56,342 bases of DNA, filler included, from Sluysia triapertura (GCA_046118255.1; 4 parts of 4 records of this genome joined end to end with filler, not necessarily neighbours in it), one strand, 5' to 3'; shown: positions 36,995 to 51,299, numbered from the whole stretch's first letter. The notes: generated from the sequence alone by a model not told the origin. A program made the numbers and translations.

Positions 36995-39594
36995 TGTGGT
37001 GGTCAACCTATTACTTTTAACAAATCTTATTAAAATTTTTCTTTTCAACATAATAAAAACCGCATTTACTTTCAAATTCACATTTTTAAATTCATTATAA
37101 ACACTTTCATACATAGTTCAATACTAACATAACCAAAATCATATTTTTTAACATCACACAATTACTTTTTAGAATGTACCAAAACATAGTCTATAATCTA
37201 TCTTATTCGCATCCACTAAACTACTCTCTTTCCATATATTAGCAAATCACAATCTTCTAACATCCAAACATTACCTTCAGTCAAAACATCAATGTATATT
37301 TAAAAATCCACATAAAACCTTTATATAATTTCAAAATACTTAAAATACTTTCATCACCCAAACTTATCTTCAGTTAAAACTATTAAACAACATTTAAAAC
37401 TTCATTTAAAACATTTTACCTAGTATTGTATGACATTAGAGTCACAATTACACCTTAAAATTTTATCCAAAATATGTAACATTAATCTGCAACATCACAA
37501 GTTCACCATTCTTTAATTCCCATAACTTCAAATATGTTTAGAAATAATAAAAGAATTAGAAAGAAAGTTTGTGATAAAATTATTGAAAGGATTTATGCTG
37601 TTTATAATGATAATAATAATAATGACATTGTTATTATTATTATCATTTTTATTTTCATTATTTTTAATTTTTAATTTTAATTTTATCATCTAACCAGTAA
37701 TTACCACTATCAGTGGTGACACTATTGGTTACTTTGTATAAATTCTTGTCACCATTGATAGTGGCTTGTCTGTCAATCTTGTTCTCTTCTAACGCTATTA
37801 TTGTACCTGATCATTATTTTTATCACTCTGGTTGAACAACCAATGAAGACAATCTCTCATTTGCTGTTGTGTAATTATGTATTGATAGTATTGCAATATG
37901 ATTGGTACTAAAAATAGTGATACTATAATTACCACAATTACAATTTGGTTGTTAATTTAAAAATTAAATTAACACTGTAGGAAATGTTTTATTTTTAAAT
38001 CGTAAAAGCACAATTTTTGAGTTATTTATGATCACATAGTTAAAGACAATAGAATATCTAGATTTAATGATAGACAAACATTTCGTAAAGCGTGTATCAA
38101 CTGTATATCATAGTTCTCAAACAATCAAACCTATAAGTATGAATATAATGACTTCAACAACTGAGTTGGAAATTATCACTCAACCAAATGAAAGTATTTT
38201 ATTAAATCTAAATAACAATAATCAAGAACATGATGGTCAGGAACGACGGAAATGCTTATACATTAGTATTGCAGAAAAAATTGATGAAATCCTCATTTAT
38301 TATATTTATTTACATGTTCTCTATCCTAGGCTCGATGTTAATATTTCAAGAGAATTTACTAATCCAAATCTAGAGCAGACTATTACTCCTATAGATTGCT
38401 ATGAAAATATATTCATTGTAATTAGACGTGAAGTTCGTGAATTGAGAACTCCACCACCAGTTTCGACGATAAAACGAGATTAATCATTGACAATTATATC
38501 AGTATATTCTCTCAATGTTATCTGATTTCAAAAGTGAAAAGATCAAGTGAAAATTTAAAAGAGCATGCCTTTTATGAATTTACGATGCCAATTCGTATAG
38601 AATTACTTGATAATAATATAGATAAATTTGAGCTGATTCAAGGGATGCTGCGTTTTCGAATAGGAGTAGATATAATTAGTCATGTTGATATCATTGATCT
38701 GAATCAAAGTGTAAAGTTCGCATCAATAGTTACTGGTAAAGTTTATGCTTACTCTAGTCCATGTAAAAGAATGCTTATGACCGATATACAAGTTAAAGAA
38801 AATATTATATTGAACATAAATATTATCAAACCTTTTAAGATAAGAACAATGAATACAAGCCTAAACTTAATTTCGAATAAAGCTTTACGAATTAACGCAT
38901 CCCAGTTAAGTATCAAGTACAAAGACCAATGTAAAAATGACTTGGAAATACGTTCTGTATACTGATCCTTACAAACATCGTCATTTTAGCTATACGTTCA
39001 AGAATTTAATATACCTTCCATCGGTTACTGTCAATTCAATTTCTCACAACTGTTTCAATAATTCATCAAGTTCAAATTAATGTATAACAACAGCACTTTG
39101 CCCATCTACTAGTGACATAAATGGCAGATGCACAACATTTGGAGTTAATTGTGTATATGTGCACGCGGTTAATTAGTTATTGAATCATAGATTCGAATAT
39201 ACATCTCACACAGATCATCAATCCAGACTTAGGAATTTACTAAAATGCATTGGAATACCAACCTCAGAAATATAAGACAAGATTGGTTATACTAGTTATG
39301 ATAAAGTAATTTTTCTTTATTGTTACACCAAAGGCAATCTAACTTCTATTTTCTTTTTAGATAGCAAAGCGTGGCTAATCGAGAGGAACGTATACAGAAC
39401 GATCTTCCTAAATGTTCAAATTTTTAAATTTTGTATGTTGAATAAAATGTTTTGTGTTTACAGATTTTCGTTCATTATTTATAAACTTTAAATTCATTCT
39501 TCTTTTTAGATTCGATGAATATTAACTTAGGAATAAAAGTTTTAAAAATTAAGATAAAAAATGTTATAAAAACGCAATTTTATATAAATCAAAA
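36995..39594 (+). mobile_element. Cargo element E6, 5-bp TSD CTATT
   Basis: CTATT|TGTGGTGGTCAACC ... AATTTTATATAAATCAAAA|CTATT; 5' module and hairpin 37704-37764 homologous to E4/E5. Confidence 0.8.
38067..39426 (+). pseudogene. Cargo gene of E6, interrupted, with Unkempt-type CCCH finger near the C-terminus
   Basis: ORFs of 138 and 143 aa, then ITTALCPSTSDINGRCTTFGVNCVYVHAVN*LLN at 39084-39185; putative intron from 39306 to 39360 or 39364. Confidence 0.65.
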
Positions 39595-41793
39595 CTATTT
39601 CTTAAATTAAACTATTCTAAAGCAAAACTGTTGAGTTTTTTAAATTAAGTATCGTTATAAGTTTAATTTTTGTGGTTAATATTGTAAGACACAGGTCTTG
39701 GATAATAGACTTTAAGTGTTTTAAGACTTTTATTTAAAGAGTAAAATTGTTTTCTAAAGCAACACATTAATACGGGTTGCGTAAATATAAAATTTATAAT
39801 TATATTATAAATTAATTTGAAGAATTTTTAAGAAGTTAATTATTCTTACATTGTAAGGTATAAGCAAAAGTTATTAAAGTTCTTAAGTATAAGCAATAAA
39901 AATCCTAATAATATAAATCATATATATTAGGCAGACCGACTCATAAAATATTTTGCAAGTAGGATAAATATTTTAAGAAAACGATTATCAAATCAATATA
40001 TTATGTGTATGCTAATTGAAATAGTATATATTGCATTGTTAAAAATATATTCATTAAGAATTTTTTGTAAACGAATTTTTGCAATAGAAATTTAAAAGAA
40101 AAATTTCATAAAATTTACGACATACAGGAATATCGAATTTTTTCAGGAAGATTGAATTTTGTTAAGAAGATAATTAATTTAAAGAAAAATTATTTTCAAG
40201 GATTTTATCGAGTTGTTTAATCTAATAGCTAGTTAATTTAAGTTCTTAATTTGTAATATTTTACAAAATTTTAATAAAGGTTAAATCTTAATTTTGCAAA
40301 AGCTTATATTGCTGATTTAAATTTAAAATTAAAAAAATATTATTATTATTATTATATTAATAAACTGTTATTGTTGTGTATTATAATCTTTTGTTAATAT
40401 AAACTATCGGAGACATGTTTTCTGAGTGAAAATAAAGTGTATATACATTATACTTTGTTTATAATTTAATAATTGGGTATTTATTAAGACTATTTTATTT
40501 ATTTAATTTGTATTATTAATTGAATATTTTATTTCTTTTGATACATTGTTAAAAGGAAAGTATCAAAAAATTTTTGGAACTATCAAAAAAAGGTACTTTT
40601 TCGTGCAATAATAAATTAACAACTATTGAATATTTATTAAAGGAAGATACTTTTAAAAAGATCCTTTTGATCATATTCAAATCTATTAAAGAACAAAAAA
40701 ATCCATATTTCTTACTTTCGACGCTGACATCTATGCGCTGGCCCTGGAGTCCATAGGCCCAGTGTCAGAGAGGACTCACTTAATATAAATTGATATGAAA
40801 TATATTTCAAAGCAAAATTATCTCATCCTATGACCTCAATTGAGAAAATGTATGGTCTAAATTATCCTTTAAGGTGTACAGTCAATGAAAACAGTATAAC
40901 AATATATCTGAGTTAAAAAATGCAATATTTGATCCTTGGCCCTAACTGGTAAGCCTAGTACATTGGTGAACTCACGTTAACAAATTTTTATTTGCACAAT
41001 ATCCTAAAAAAGTACCTAACTTAAATTTTATTCTAAAGATGTGAATAGTCCATCTATAGCACTTACTTAGTCAAGGTCTCGTCTACAGAACTTTAGTTTT
41101 AAGGTCGATAAATTAATTTAACTTTACTTAATCTACGATTTGTGATTTATCAAATATTTTAAGTCCTTATTTAAAATAGAACTGTAACAAAATATTTTAT
41201 AGGCTTCTTTAAAATATCCTTTTTGAAAAGTTCGTTATGTACTTTACAGCAATCTAAATTACTAACAAATAACCACTATGAAATAATTTATAATAGTAAT
41301 ATTAAAATAAAACAAAATAACAATTTTGAAATGTTAAGATTCGTTAGATCTTCATTAAAAAATGTTAAAATTTTAAAACGTTTAATTTATAGACCTATTT
41401 AAAATGGTCCTTTAAAAATATTCAAGAAATTTAATGTGGATTTTAGTGCGATACTCAATCAAACAAATCTAAGGTGATCTTGAAAGTAAATTTTCCGCTT
41501 GTTTAGTCTGAATTTGTTCCCATTTAATCATTAAGAGCAATCTGATTGCACGAAATTTTCTTCGAAGATTTAAAAAACAAAACATTTTTAAAAGATTTAT
41601 CTAAAACCTATTAATTAAGTTTTATAATTATGCTTACTTACATAGTCGAACTACATCCATTTACAAATTATTTAAATTAATTGTTTATATATTTAACTAA
41701 ATATTAAAATATAACTCACTAATTCACGTTAGATTCGTAGAACGATAGATGACGAATTTTAAATTTATTGCTTGAATTTCTTATTTCTTTCAG

Positions 41794-41961
41794 TCCTAAG
41801 GGAGAAGACGCTATGAAAACCGAAGAAGACGAACTGCCCAATGAAATAATGGATTGGTTGAAATCCACATTTACGAGAAGCGGTAAGAAGAAGCTTAACA
41901 AAGAACGGCCAACGTTTCGAGGAGTTGTTAAAGCTATTTTAGCATCCATGAGAGTCGAAAA
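41794..41961 (+). CDS. PDE1: Internal exon of Ca/calmodulin-dependent phosphodiesterase (PDEase_I_N region)
   Basis: EEDELPNEIMDWLKSTFTR...RPTFRGVVKAILASMRVEK matches PDE1 VPSEVRDWLASTFTR...KPRFKSIVHAVQAGIFVER; TTTCAG acceptor and GTAAAT donor; contig ends shortly after. Confidence 0.8.
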
Positions 41962-42089
41962 GTAAATAATGATTATAAATAAATAAGTAATAATTAATAA
42001 TAATAATAATATAATTATAATAATAATAAATTCGTCAATATAAATTAAATTTCCACCATCTTTTGTTACACATAATACATAACTAATTC

Positions 42090-42267
42090 AATATATATTT
42101 AGTTTTATAAACATTGATAGCTTTTATATCAATTAAATAAAATATGAAACATTCGAAAATTTATTAATAAAGAAACAGCTAAACTTATTGCTCATTCATT
42201 GATAACTAACAACATAGATTTTAACAATGGTTTATTGTACTCAATTTCATATAGAAAAGTGAAAAAA
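42090..42267 (+). mobile_element. L2/Crack LINE fragment
   Basis: IRKFINKETAKLIAHSLITNNIDFNNGLL; nucleotide match to 8460-8520. Confidence 0.7.
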
Positions 42268-42367
42268 NNNNNNNNNNNNNNNNNNNNNNNNNNNNNNNNN
42301 NNNNNNNNNNNTTAATTAATTAANNNNNNNNNNNNNNNNNNNNNNNNNNNNNNNNNNNNNNNNNNNN
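42268..42367. other. Assembly gap with artificial linker
   Basis: 100-nt N run containing TTAATTAATTAA. Confidence 0.98.
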
Positions 42368-43380
42368 AATTAATAAATAAATAATTTAAATTCGATTTGA
42401 ATGTTTTTTGAGTCAGGCGTTTAATTGTGAAAATTTTGTGTTTTTGCTGGAATTAAATAGTACCTATACAAGATACAATAGAAATAAAGTAGGACCACAA
42501 GGGGTTAACTTTTAACAATATTTTAAACTGGTGTAGTAGAGGATGACAAAAGATCTGAAAATTCTTATGAAATTAAAAGATTCACGCAAGAACACGATTT
42601 TGAAATAAAAATGAAATTCGTCACAATTAAGCAAAATGTAATGAGCACAAATATATTCACTTATTCCAAACTTATTAATACTAATTATAATTAGTCCTTG
42701 CCTATTTCAACACTATATCCATTAGCACCAGATCAATATTCGATATTATTCAGCTATCGAAACACCAAGAGGTAATATAAAAAATTGAAAATATTAAGCT
42801 GCAAAAACATTCACAAACATACTACTAATTTCAATCATACCCAGGCACAAATGAATCTCAATTAATACCAAATACGGAAGTGAAATATATTAACAGACAT
42901 AATGTTACATTTTTGATATAAAGAATTAAAATTTAATTTTGTTAATTTTTCTTTATTTTTGCTAAAGAATTAGACTGTTGTTTTCATAACATTTAATTTA
43001 TTTAATATATAAGAAACAGAAAAATACATTTTGTTATTAAAAAGGTGTTATGATTTTTTATTAAGTTGGGGGCGCCAAAAATAAATGTGTTGAAATAGGG
43101 GACGTAACTTAAAATGTTTGCGCACGCCTACGCTAGAATAGCAAACTTATAAAGGTTATCGTACCTGTAATAAGTTTGATTTGTACAAATTAAAAAAGGC
43201 TGTCATTTATTGGATCGAATATCTAGATAAAATGATAAAGAATCTATTGAAGTTTAATTATATTCAATTTCACGATTTAAACTACACAATTAAATGGCCA
43301 AAATGAATTTAACACAAATGAATTTTGAGGCACTAAATCATCTTTAAGATTTATAAAGATGAGCATAAAAAACACATTAA

Positions 43381-43512
43381 CCCTTTGAGTGCCAACAAGC
43401 ACGATCGCGCTCCTCGGTACCCGAAAAAAAATTATTTTTTTAATTTTCATTTTTGTGTAGCATCCTGGCACTTTTAGATAATTCTCTAAAAATCATGTTG
43501 GCACTCAAAGGG
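43381..43512. mobile_element. piggyBac-type MITE, 132 bp
   Basis: Perfect 17-bp TIR CCCTTTGAGTGCCAACA with TTAA TSD on both sides. Confidence 0.92.
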
Positions 43513-44998
43513 TTAATGACATTTTTTTGAATTTTATAGTCTCATTACTTATATGTTGCTAAAATAAAGTCAGAATTAAATTTTGAATTTGTACCATCTC
43601 TACAAACTTCCTTTTAAGTAATTGGTCCATTTTTTTGTCATTTATGACAAATCAAAAACTTATAAATAATCGAGAAATAAAAGTTCGACTTTGTTATTGT
43701 TGTCGTTTGTCAGATTTATTATTTTGAATATACATTTGTAAATTTTTACTGTTATTGAGCAACTGTGTCCTGTAAGTTAATTTTTATAGATAGCAGCCTA
43801 AAATAATATTTGTTCCATATTCTAAAATTAACATAAATATAACACTGTGCCGGATTAAAACAGTACCAAACAATTCATTAACAATAAAATGGTCTTTTAT
43901 AAATTCGTCACATAAAACATTATCATTCTCAAACAATATAACAACAATGGATTGGCGTGACAATAATACTTGGATAATATCTTCAAGGTTATATTATAAT
44001 AATAATATCAATTTATATTGTGCTAATATCTAACGCAAAAACGCCTAAAATAAATCATTCAATGTTATCTTTCTGCAACCGAAATAACGATGTCTTTTTC
44101 CTAAATATTTCAGTAATATAGTATTTTTGAAACATATCATTATGTATTATGTTTTAATGATATATTCCGAATTGTTTATTATCTCCAAGAAATATTCAGG
44201 ACTTCCATAAAACAATAACACATTCATGAATAAGTTGACTGACAATGAATTAACATTAAAAAACAATTTCTGAATAGACGTAATTACTGATTCCTTCTTC
44301 TTGATATTACTAATATATAATATTTAATTAATTTTATATAAACATAATAATGAAAATATGAAGATTCAAGAATATGCTCTACGAAAAAGATGTGGAGTAA
44401 GTTTTATTTTTGAAGTGTCAAAAGAAAAGAAAGTTTAATTTCAAAGTTTCTACTATGATTGGATTAATTATTAATTAATTAAAACATTTTTAGCACATAA
44501 AGTTGCTATTCGAATACGACAAACAGCAGATGTTGTGAATGAAGGTAATGATGAAGTTGGTTAAATACGCCATAGTGAAGATGTGTACACATTTCAAGAC
44601 ATAGTGAAAATGACAATTACTTACAAGTCTAATAATTATTCATCTTCATTTGTATGAATGTTGTATTGAAAATGATATTGGTAAATAATTAAAGTAACAA
44701 CTTTATTTAAATTGAGAAATCGAATGTATTGATTGTACATAATAAAGTGCAATCGGAATAAGTATACAAACCTGTATTGGAACTGAATGAAACGGAAGTT
44801 TCGTAATCCTTCATCAAAGTAGCATATGACTTCATGGTCAAATCAGATATCTTGGATATTTTGTTCCGTCCACCACCGAACAGCGAATTAAGTTTAGAGA
44901 GGATCTTATACGATCCGACACAAGTTTGCTCCAATAATTTAAAATCATTTTTAACAATAGAACCTTCTTCATCAAAAGGACCCATAATCTGAATAACA

Positions 44999-45420
44999 TT
45001 AATTCAATTCAATGTTTATCCAATCATAATTTGATAATAATTTCTTTGACCAATTATTGAAGTTAGAGGTTTTGTATATTAAACACATCGCAAAAAAGAT
45101 ATTTAGCAGATAATATAATAGTATTACCTCAGAATAAACAGTGGCACGGAAAGAAACCACAATATTAGATTTTTTGTGAATATTTAATATTAAAGAACAT
45201 TTTGCATTTTCAAATCCTAATATTATCAAAATCATAATATATTGTAATAAATTTGTTGATGATCTAACTAACTTATGTTGAAAATTAATGAATTTCAAAT
45301 TAACTAGTTGGATGAGTTCTATTACTGTACTGATGCTAAACAATTCTAATACTAACATTCCTGCTACATCACAGTCGAAGAGGACAAACGATAATACGGC
45401 GAATTGGTCCATTCAGAGTT
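44999..45420 (-). pseudogene. Class C GPCR (mGluR/CaSR-like) TM1-TM3 remnant
   Basis: L*MDQFAVL, HKLVRSSTNLLQYIMILII and FAMCLIYKTSNF parallel LxWxxxWAV, TPIVKASGRELSYVLL and YSALLTKTNRI. Confidence 0.5.
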
Positions 45421-47399
45421 CTCTTCTCTTATATATTTTTGTCGCTGTATTTACTTTTGTGGGTAGTTCACCCTTTATAATTAGTAAAATAAAAAGTAAA
45501 AGATAAGTATTAGTTCAACATGTTTTGATAAGGATGACTTTAGTACAAGAACTAAGACAACTAAATCAAGAGGATTAAAGAAGAAATCTAAGTTATTTTC
45601 ATTCATGACTTGTTAAATAAGATAAAAGTTAGTTTAAACTTCAGGTTAGTCTTTAAGAATGTAGAATAGAAATTATAATAATGTCATTATAAGTTCGTTT
45701 AATAAATATTACAAAAAATATTCATAAAAATTAAATGAAATTGCGATGCGATTTCATTTTTCCATCTTCGTCTCGACAAAACACATTTCAACCTTTGTTC
45801 TTTCGAATATTTAAAATTTCCCTTTACACGCGATATTTATTACCTTATACATTTCTTTGAAACCAGGTCCAAGAATGCTGCTTCATCCAGAATTAGTAGC
45901 ATAAAATGAAAACGGTATTTGGAAAATGTAAGGAAAGCATGCAAACATATTTATGGGAATGAATACTGTAAATTATTGATCAAATTATTGATTGACTTAT
46001 AAATAGATTGTTAATATGTGCATAATCAAATTATAAATAGATTGTTAATATGTGTGCGTTTATAGATACAATAAATACAAATTTAATTATTGATTTTTAT
46101 AACAATATAATAACATTTTGAATGATTTTAATTGTGGAAAGTAAATTATTTTTAAATTACTTTAAATATAATTAAAATAAAAATAATAAATAAATATTTT
46201 TTTGGGAATATGACAGATAAATTTTATTTTTAAAAATCTTTTATTACATTTTGTTTTAAATCTTTTATTGACCTTCAAGGTCACATTTTTACTATTTAAA
46301 ATCAGTAAAATTTACGTTACACTCACACAATTTGACATTGATTCTGTTCAACGCATTTTTCAGTTAACAATTTATCTGCGAGCAATTTTCGATTCTTTCC
46401 AAAAGAAATTACTATTATTGATTTTTCAATCGTTAGTTTAATTTTCATAAGTCATTTTGCCTAATATAAAATATTACTTAAAATCCTCTGAATATTTATA
46501 GCTACCATTTAATAAGGTAGCTGATTAAAATATATCTATTAAGATTATCTTAATAATCTTTATAAATTATTATATTTTATCCCCACTTTATTGCTTGCTA
46601 TTGTGTTAATATAATTTCCTATTAATTTAGAATCTTAATATTTTATAACAAGTAAATATAACTATAACTAGTTTCAAATCGTTTTTGTGTTTTATTTTAA
46701 GAATCAAATAAGAATTACCTAAAACCTTTTGATTTGAACCTAGTTGCAAGATTATCAGAAAATTTTCAGTCGAAAAAATTAAAAATAATTTAATCTCCTT
46801 AAGTATTAAGATTTTAAAACCCAACGGCTAGCCCTAACCGGTAAGACGAGTACTTTGGCGAACTCACTACATTCCCAAGCTAAGAAAAAACCTAGCAATA
46901 TGAAGACCTAATTGATACTAACTTAAATGGTTATTTGAGAGTATATATCACATGATAGAGCAACACATGTGTATGGAGTGTCCCAACCATTGATAATAAC
47001 TTTATTACAGCTTATCAACATAAAATATACACAACATTTAAAATGGAATTTAATCGTCATTTAGTAACTGAAAATAACGATGTGTTATCGAAAAACCAGT
47101 ATAGATAGAGGTCTTATCGATTATGATTATATTACAAATTTGTTTGAAAGACAACAGTTTACACAATAGGATTTGTGACCCTATGGAGATTCTTCGAGTT
47201 CTTTCTGTAAACTGTTTAAAATTTAATGATATGAGTAATAATAATTGTGTTTTAGGTTTTACATTCTTATTTATTTCGTTTAGTCTTATATATGAACCTC
47301 AAGTCCCATTTCAAGTTTAAAAGATATTTTAGTTTTCATAAAACAATTGAAAAGAGAAGTGTAAATTTAATTAGATATAACATTTCATATAATAATATG

Positions 47400-48170
47400 C
47401 GTAAAATTGCGTAATACTAACTAATAAAGTAGCAAACGGTATTTAGTGTCTTAAGAGTAAATCCACTTTTATTTGACGGAGAGAAACAGAAAAATATGCA
47501 AGAAAAAGAGAATTTGGGGATAAATGAGTGACAGTTTTACGAAATGCTGTTAAAGTTATTAATAATTAGCTTCATTAGAGAAAGATATCTATCGCAACAA
47601 TATATAGCCCCTCTAATAAACCAGCTTTATATAGTATAAAGATTTAGGCACTCTGTGATTCTGAAAATTCATATTACTATAATATATGTTTTTACAAGCA
47701 CCCGAAATGAATAAAGGTACTCAAATTGTTGTGGATCATTCAGTTTGTCTCAACGGTCATCGTCTAACTTGTTATAATTTAAGTATACAGTTATCGAAGT
47801 GAAATATTACCAATTGTACCAATCAGAAAATACAGGACGGAATTAAATTTTAATGTTATTTCGTACAGAAGATAAATATACTCACCAATATCTCGATACA
47901 CGAACAATACAACTGTTACACCTTGTAAAGTGAAGAAAAAGAAAAATGCAACATTGTTATCTACATTACACAACAAAATGTCTATTAGAAACAATGTCGA
48001 AAAAAACCAAATATAACTTTATATTATAGTGATACAAAAGGAGCAGTAGATAATTTAGATAAATTAGTTGCAACCTATACGTGTAAAAGACAAACAAAAG
48101 AAATTGAATCAATATAAAAAAGCGGACATTTACAACAGAAAAGCATTTTATAGTGTCCAGATAGATTGTA
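47400..48170 (+). mobile_element. piggyBac transposase pseudogene
   Basis: NKPALYSIKI*ALCDS, KKKKNATLLSTLH and YYSDTKGAVDNLDKLVATYTCKRQTK are piggyBac DDD-domain motifs. Confidence 0.85.
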
Positions 48171-48738
48171 ATTAATAAATATTGTTTTAATGTATTTTTA
48201 TTTACTTGATATTTTTAGATAATTAATAATTCTATCTTATGCATTCGTGACAGATTGAAAATACTTTGGTTTTCGATCTATGGCACTCAAACATCAATCG
48301 GGTAATTATTTTAGAACTCATTAGAACAGTTCTGTTCCTAAATAAACGTTCAGATAATCCATGTCATACCAAACCAAAATAAAAATATTGTAAGAATAAC
48401 GTATTTAAAAGTAATTTAGATATTTAGACAGAAATAATTTTGTAAATATTTAAAACCATTTCGAAAAACAATCTAGTAAATTTTATTCTATATATTTTTG
48501 ACCAAATAGGAGTGGTACATAAATAGATTCACAGATAATAGATAAAGAATAAGATAAAAAGTTTTTGTTTTAATTGGTGATCTATAATACATCGACAATA
48601 GGAGATATTTTTGGGTTTTCCATTCGTGGTAATCGTAGGCTTTTTGCGAATTTTGGATTAGCTGTTTACTCGAAGATTTTGCGGATTACATCTTTCGGAA
48701 ATTTAAAAGATTCCGTACGTTATTATTTTTACTAAATC

Positions 48739-48741
<3 letters not shown>

Positions 48742-48795
<54 letters not shown>
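48742..48795. repeat. (TAT)n microsatellite
   Basis: Directly visible. Confidence 0.95.
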
Positions 48796-49156
48796 GACAA
48801 TTGACTAATCTCAAATAGTTTTTTAACAATTGAATACATCCGCATAGTTAAGAGAAGTATATTTAAAATCCATACATATTTGCATAAAAAATCGTATGAG
48901 TACGTCGCCTTACACATAAATCGTACATCGAAGGCAAACCCAATAGTAAATAAAGTATTTTCAAATAAAACAAATGCAATACCACAAAAAACAACAATAA
49001 CTCTAATAACGAACCTTTCCATTGGTAACAATCATAGAAGATCCAAATGGAACTTTTAAAACATTCTTTACAAACATTTGTTCCAATTCCAAATATAAAT
49101 TCGGCAATTCTTCGAATGTTTCCAAACTCTTTTTGATTTCTGGGTTCTACAATCAT
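48792..49156 (-). pseudogene. Possible class A peptide GPCR TM3-TM4 remnant
   Basis: SSIWIF followed across frameshifts by MERFVIRV and a hydrophobic segment. Confidence 0.25.
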
Positions 49157-51299
49157 AAATAATATTCATAATTAAAAATGCAACAAAATCTTGATATAGG
49201 AATACATAATAAATGTAATATTGTCCTAGTTTTGAAGTTATTAAATAATATAATTAGATATCTTATCTACATTTGTCATAAGATATAATAATTTCACAGT
49301 TAAATGTGCTAAAACTGCTTGTAAAGTTTCATAAATTACAATTTATTTATTTACAATAAGTCAGTTATACATTAAAAATGGGGGATAAAACATAACATTC
49401 GAGCAAAGAGTTTTGCATTATTAGTCTTTAAATGGTTCGCAACAGTAAACTCGTATTTATAAAGTTGGGAAAACAAAACAACACTAAATAAAGACATTCA
49501 AAACTGCTACTAGGTGTTGTTCGAACAGATTATCATTTATTGAAAACAGAAATTTAGCTCATTTAACTCATTTAACTCATATAAAACAGAGTTTCGCAAA
49601 CAGCAACGTGCTTTGTTAAATGTGAGATATTTACAAAACCTTTCATTAAAGCTTTTTGTGCCAATATTGACTTATCTTCTAATAAAGTTAAGAAAAGCAC
49701 AATTTTAAACGAATGAATAATTAACAACGTACTTGTTCCAAAAAAAGCTTCAGATTTTCAGAAAGCGTTCTGTTTCCATCACTGATTAACGCAATAATTG
49801 CTTGCTTCGCTTTCGCAGCTGGCAGTTTCTGAATAATACTATACAGTGCTTTTTGGACTGTGGATGAAGATTGTTTTGGATTTGGAATTACAGCTAAGCG
49901 CATAGAATTCGACGACTGGATCCATTTAAAAGCTTCTTTTAATAAATGGCAACCAGAAGGTTTTTCAATGTCAACAAAGATCCAGGTGGAAATATGATAC
50001 GATATACTGGTGTCGTCTGAATGTTAATTTTTCAAAGTATGTCTTGTTTATAATATTTTTAATTGAACAGTTTTCGTAATATCCCACTTTTATTCCAATT
50101 ATTGAAGTATACTTGGTTCTAATTTTATTTTATACATAAAATATAAATAATCGAATGCAAATTTGTGTACACTATTAAAGCATACTTATTGAATGACCAT
50201 AAATTACATCCAATCTTGATTTAGAAAAAAAGGACCTTTTTCAATGTTGTTTAGTATAACTTTAATAATTTTTATGGCAATTTCAAGATACCATCTGGTT
50301 TTCCAGCTTCGACAAAGATTAGAAATAGTTTACGAGTAATAATGATAATAATGATAATAATGATAATAATGCATTATATTGATAATACATAAAAAATTAG
50401 TATATAATAAAGTGCATTTAGAATATCACTTTACTACATTTCACAAAATCATTAATCATACGCACATTTTTCAAGGATACTACAATCAATAGCATATGGA
50501 AAGGCTATGGAATGCCGCTGAGGGTCGACAAATATATCGGACAAATTGAGTCAGAAAAAAGGAGCGGTCATCATACTTCATGACCTAGACAAGTTCAATA
50601 CATGCGCATTTTAATTTATTTTATAGATATCGAAAATATTGCTCGGATCATATACAAATACTATATAAAGTCCAAAATATTTTTTTAATTTTATTATGAT
50701 TTTCGGAATAAAATAATTGTACTAACAATCATTTTAAGATATCAGCATTTTTGTACTAAAGATACTAATGCATCGTTGTATAAAAATAAATTAATAAATA
50801 AAAAATATGAAGTACGAAAATGCGTTAATTATTAAGTGATAACAGATGTTACAGTGATGTGCGACTCATTGTTCTGATTAACCAACCGTTAAATGGACTT
50901 TGACTAATTAAAATAAACTCTAAAACCAAACTACATTTCCAATTTATTAACAGCAAATCCAAATGAAATAATCGTACTCTAAAACCTAATTCTCAACAAG
51001 CAACCAATCAGATTGCTCAAAACCATTTCACAACAATCAACCAATCAGACCCCTCCGAACTTGTATCCGCGCTAAACTACTACTAAACCATAGTAAACCA
51101 CGAGTAAAGGAACATAGTTTTATGCAGACATATCCATCTACAATAAGAAAACAATGGTTACTGTGGATTTTCGGCGGCATCAAACACAAGATTTACTAAT
51201 AAATAGTACATTAGGACTATAATAAAAATATAATGTTCACGAATTAATAATTTTACTTCTTTGAAATGTTAAAATAATGCAAAACAAACGCATACTTAC

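Noticed and set aside
36851-37114. Short ORFs antisense to or overlapping repeats and genes (also 7612-7887, 17048-17305, 28477-28719, 32836-33039, 43277-43471, 55085-55300)
   Set aside because: Low-complexity or shadow frames of features explained otherwise
40552-40756. Upstream PDE1 exon (IKKFLELSKKG...TIEYLL)
   Set aside because: Only faint similarity and no convincing splice sites
49360-50330. hAT or other transposase remnant
   Set aside because: Coding-like composition but no diagnostic motif could be pinned down
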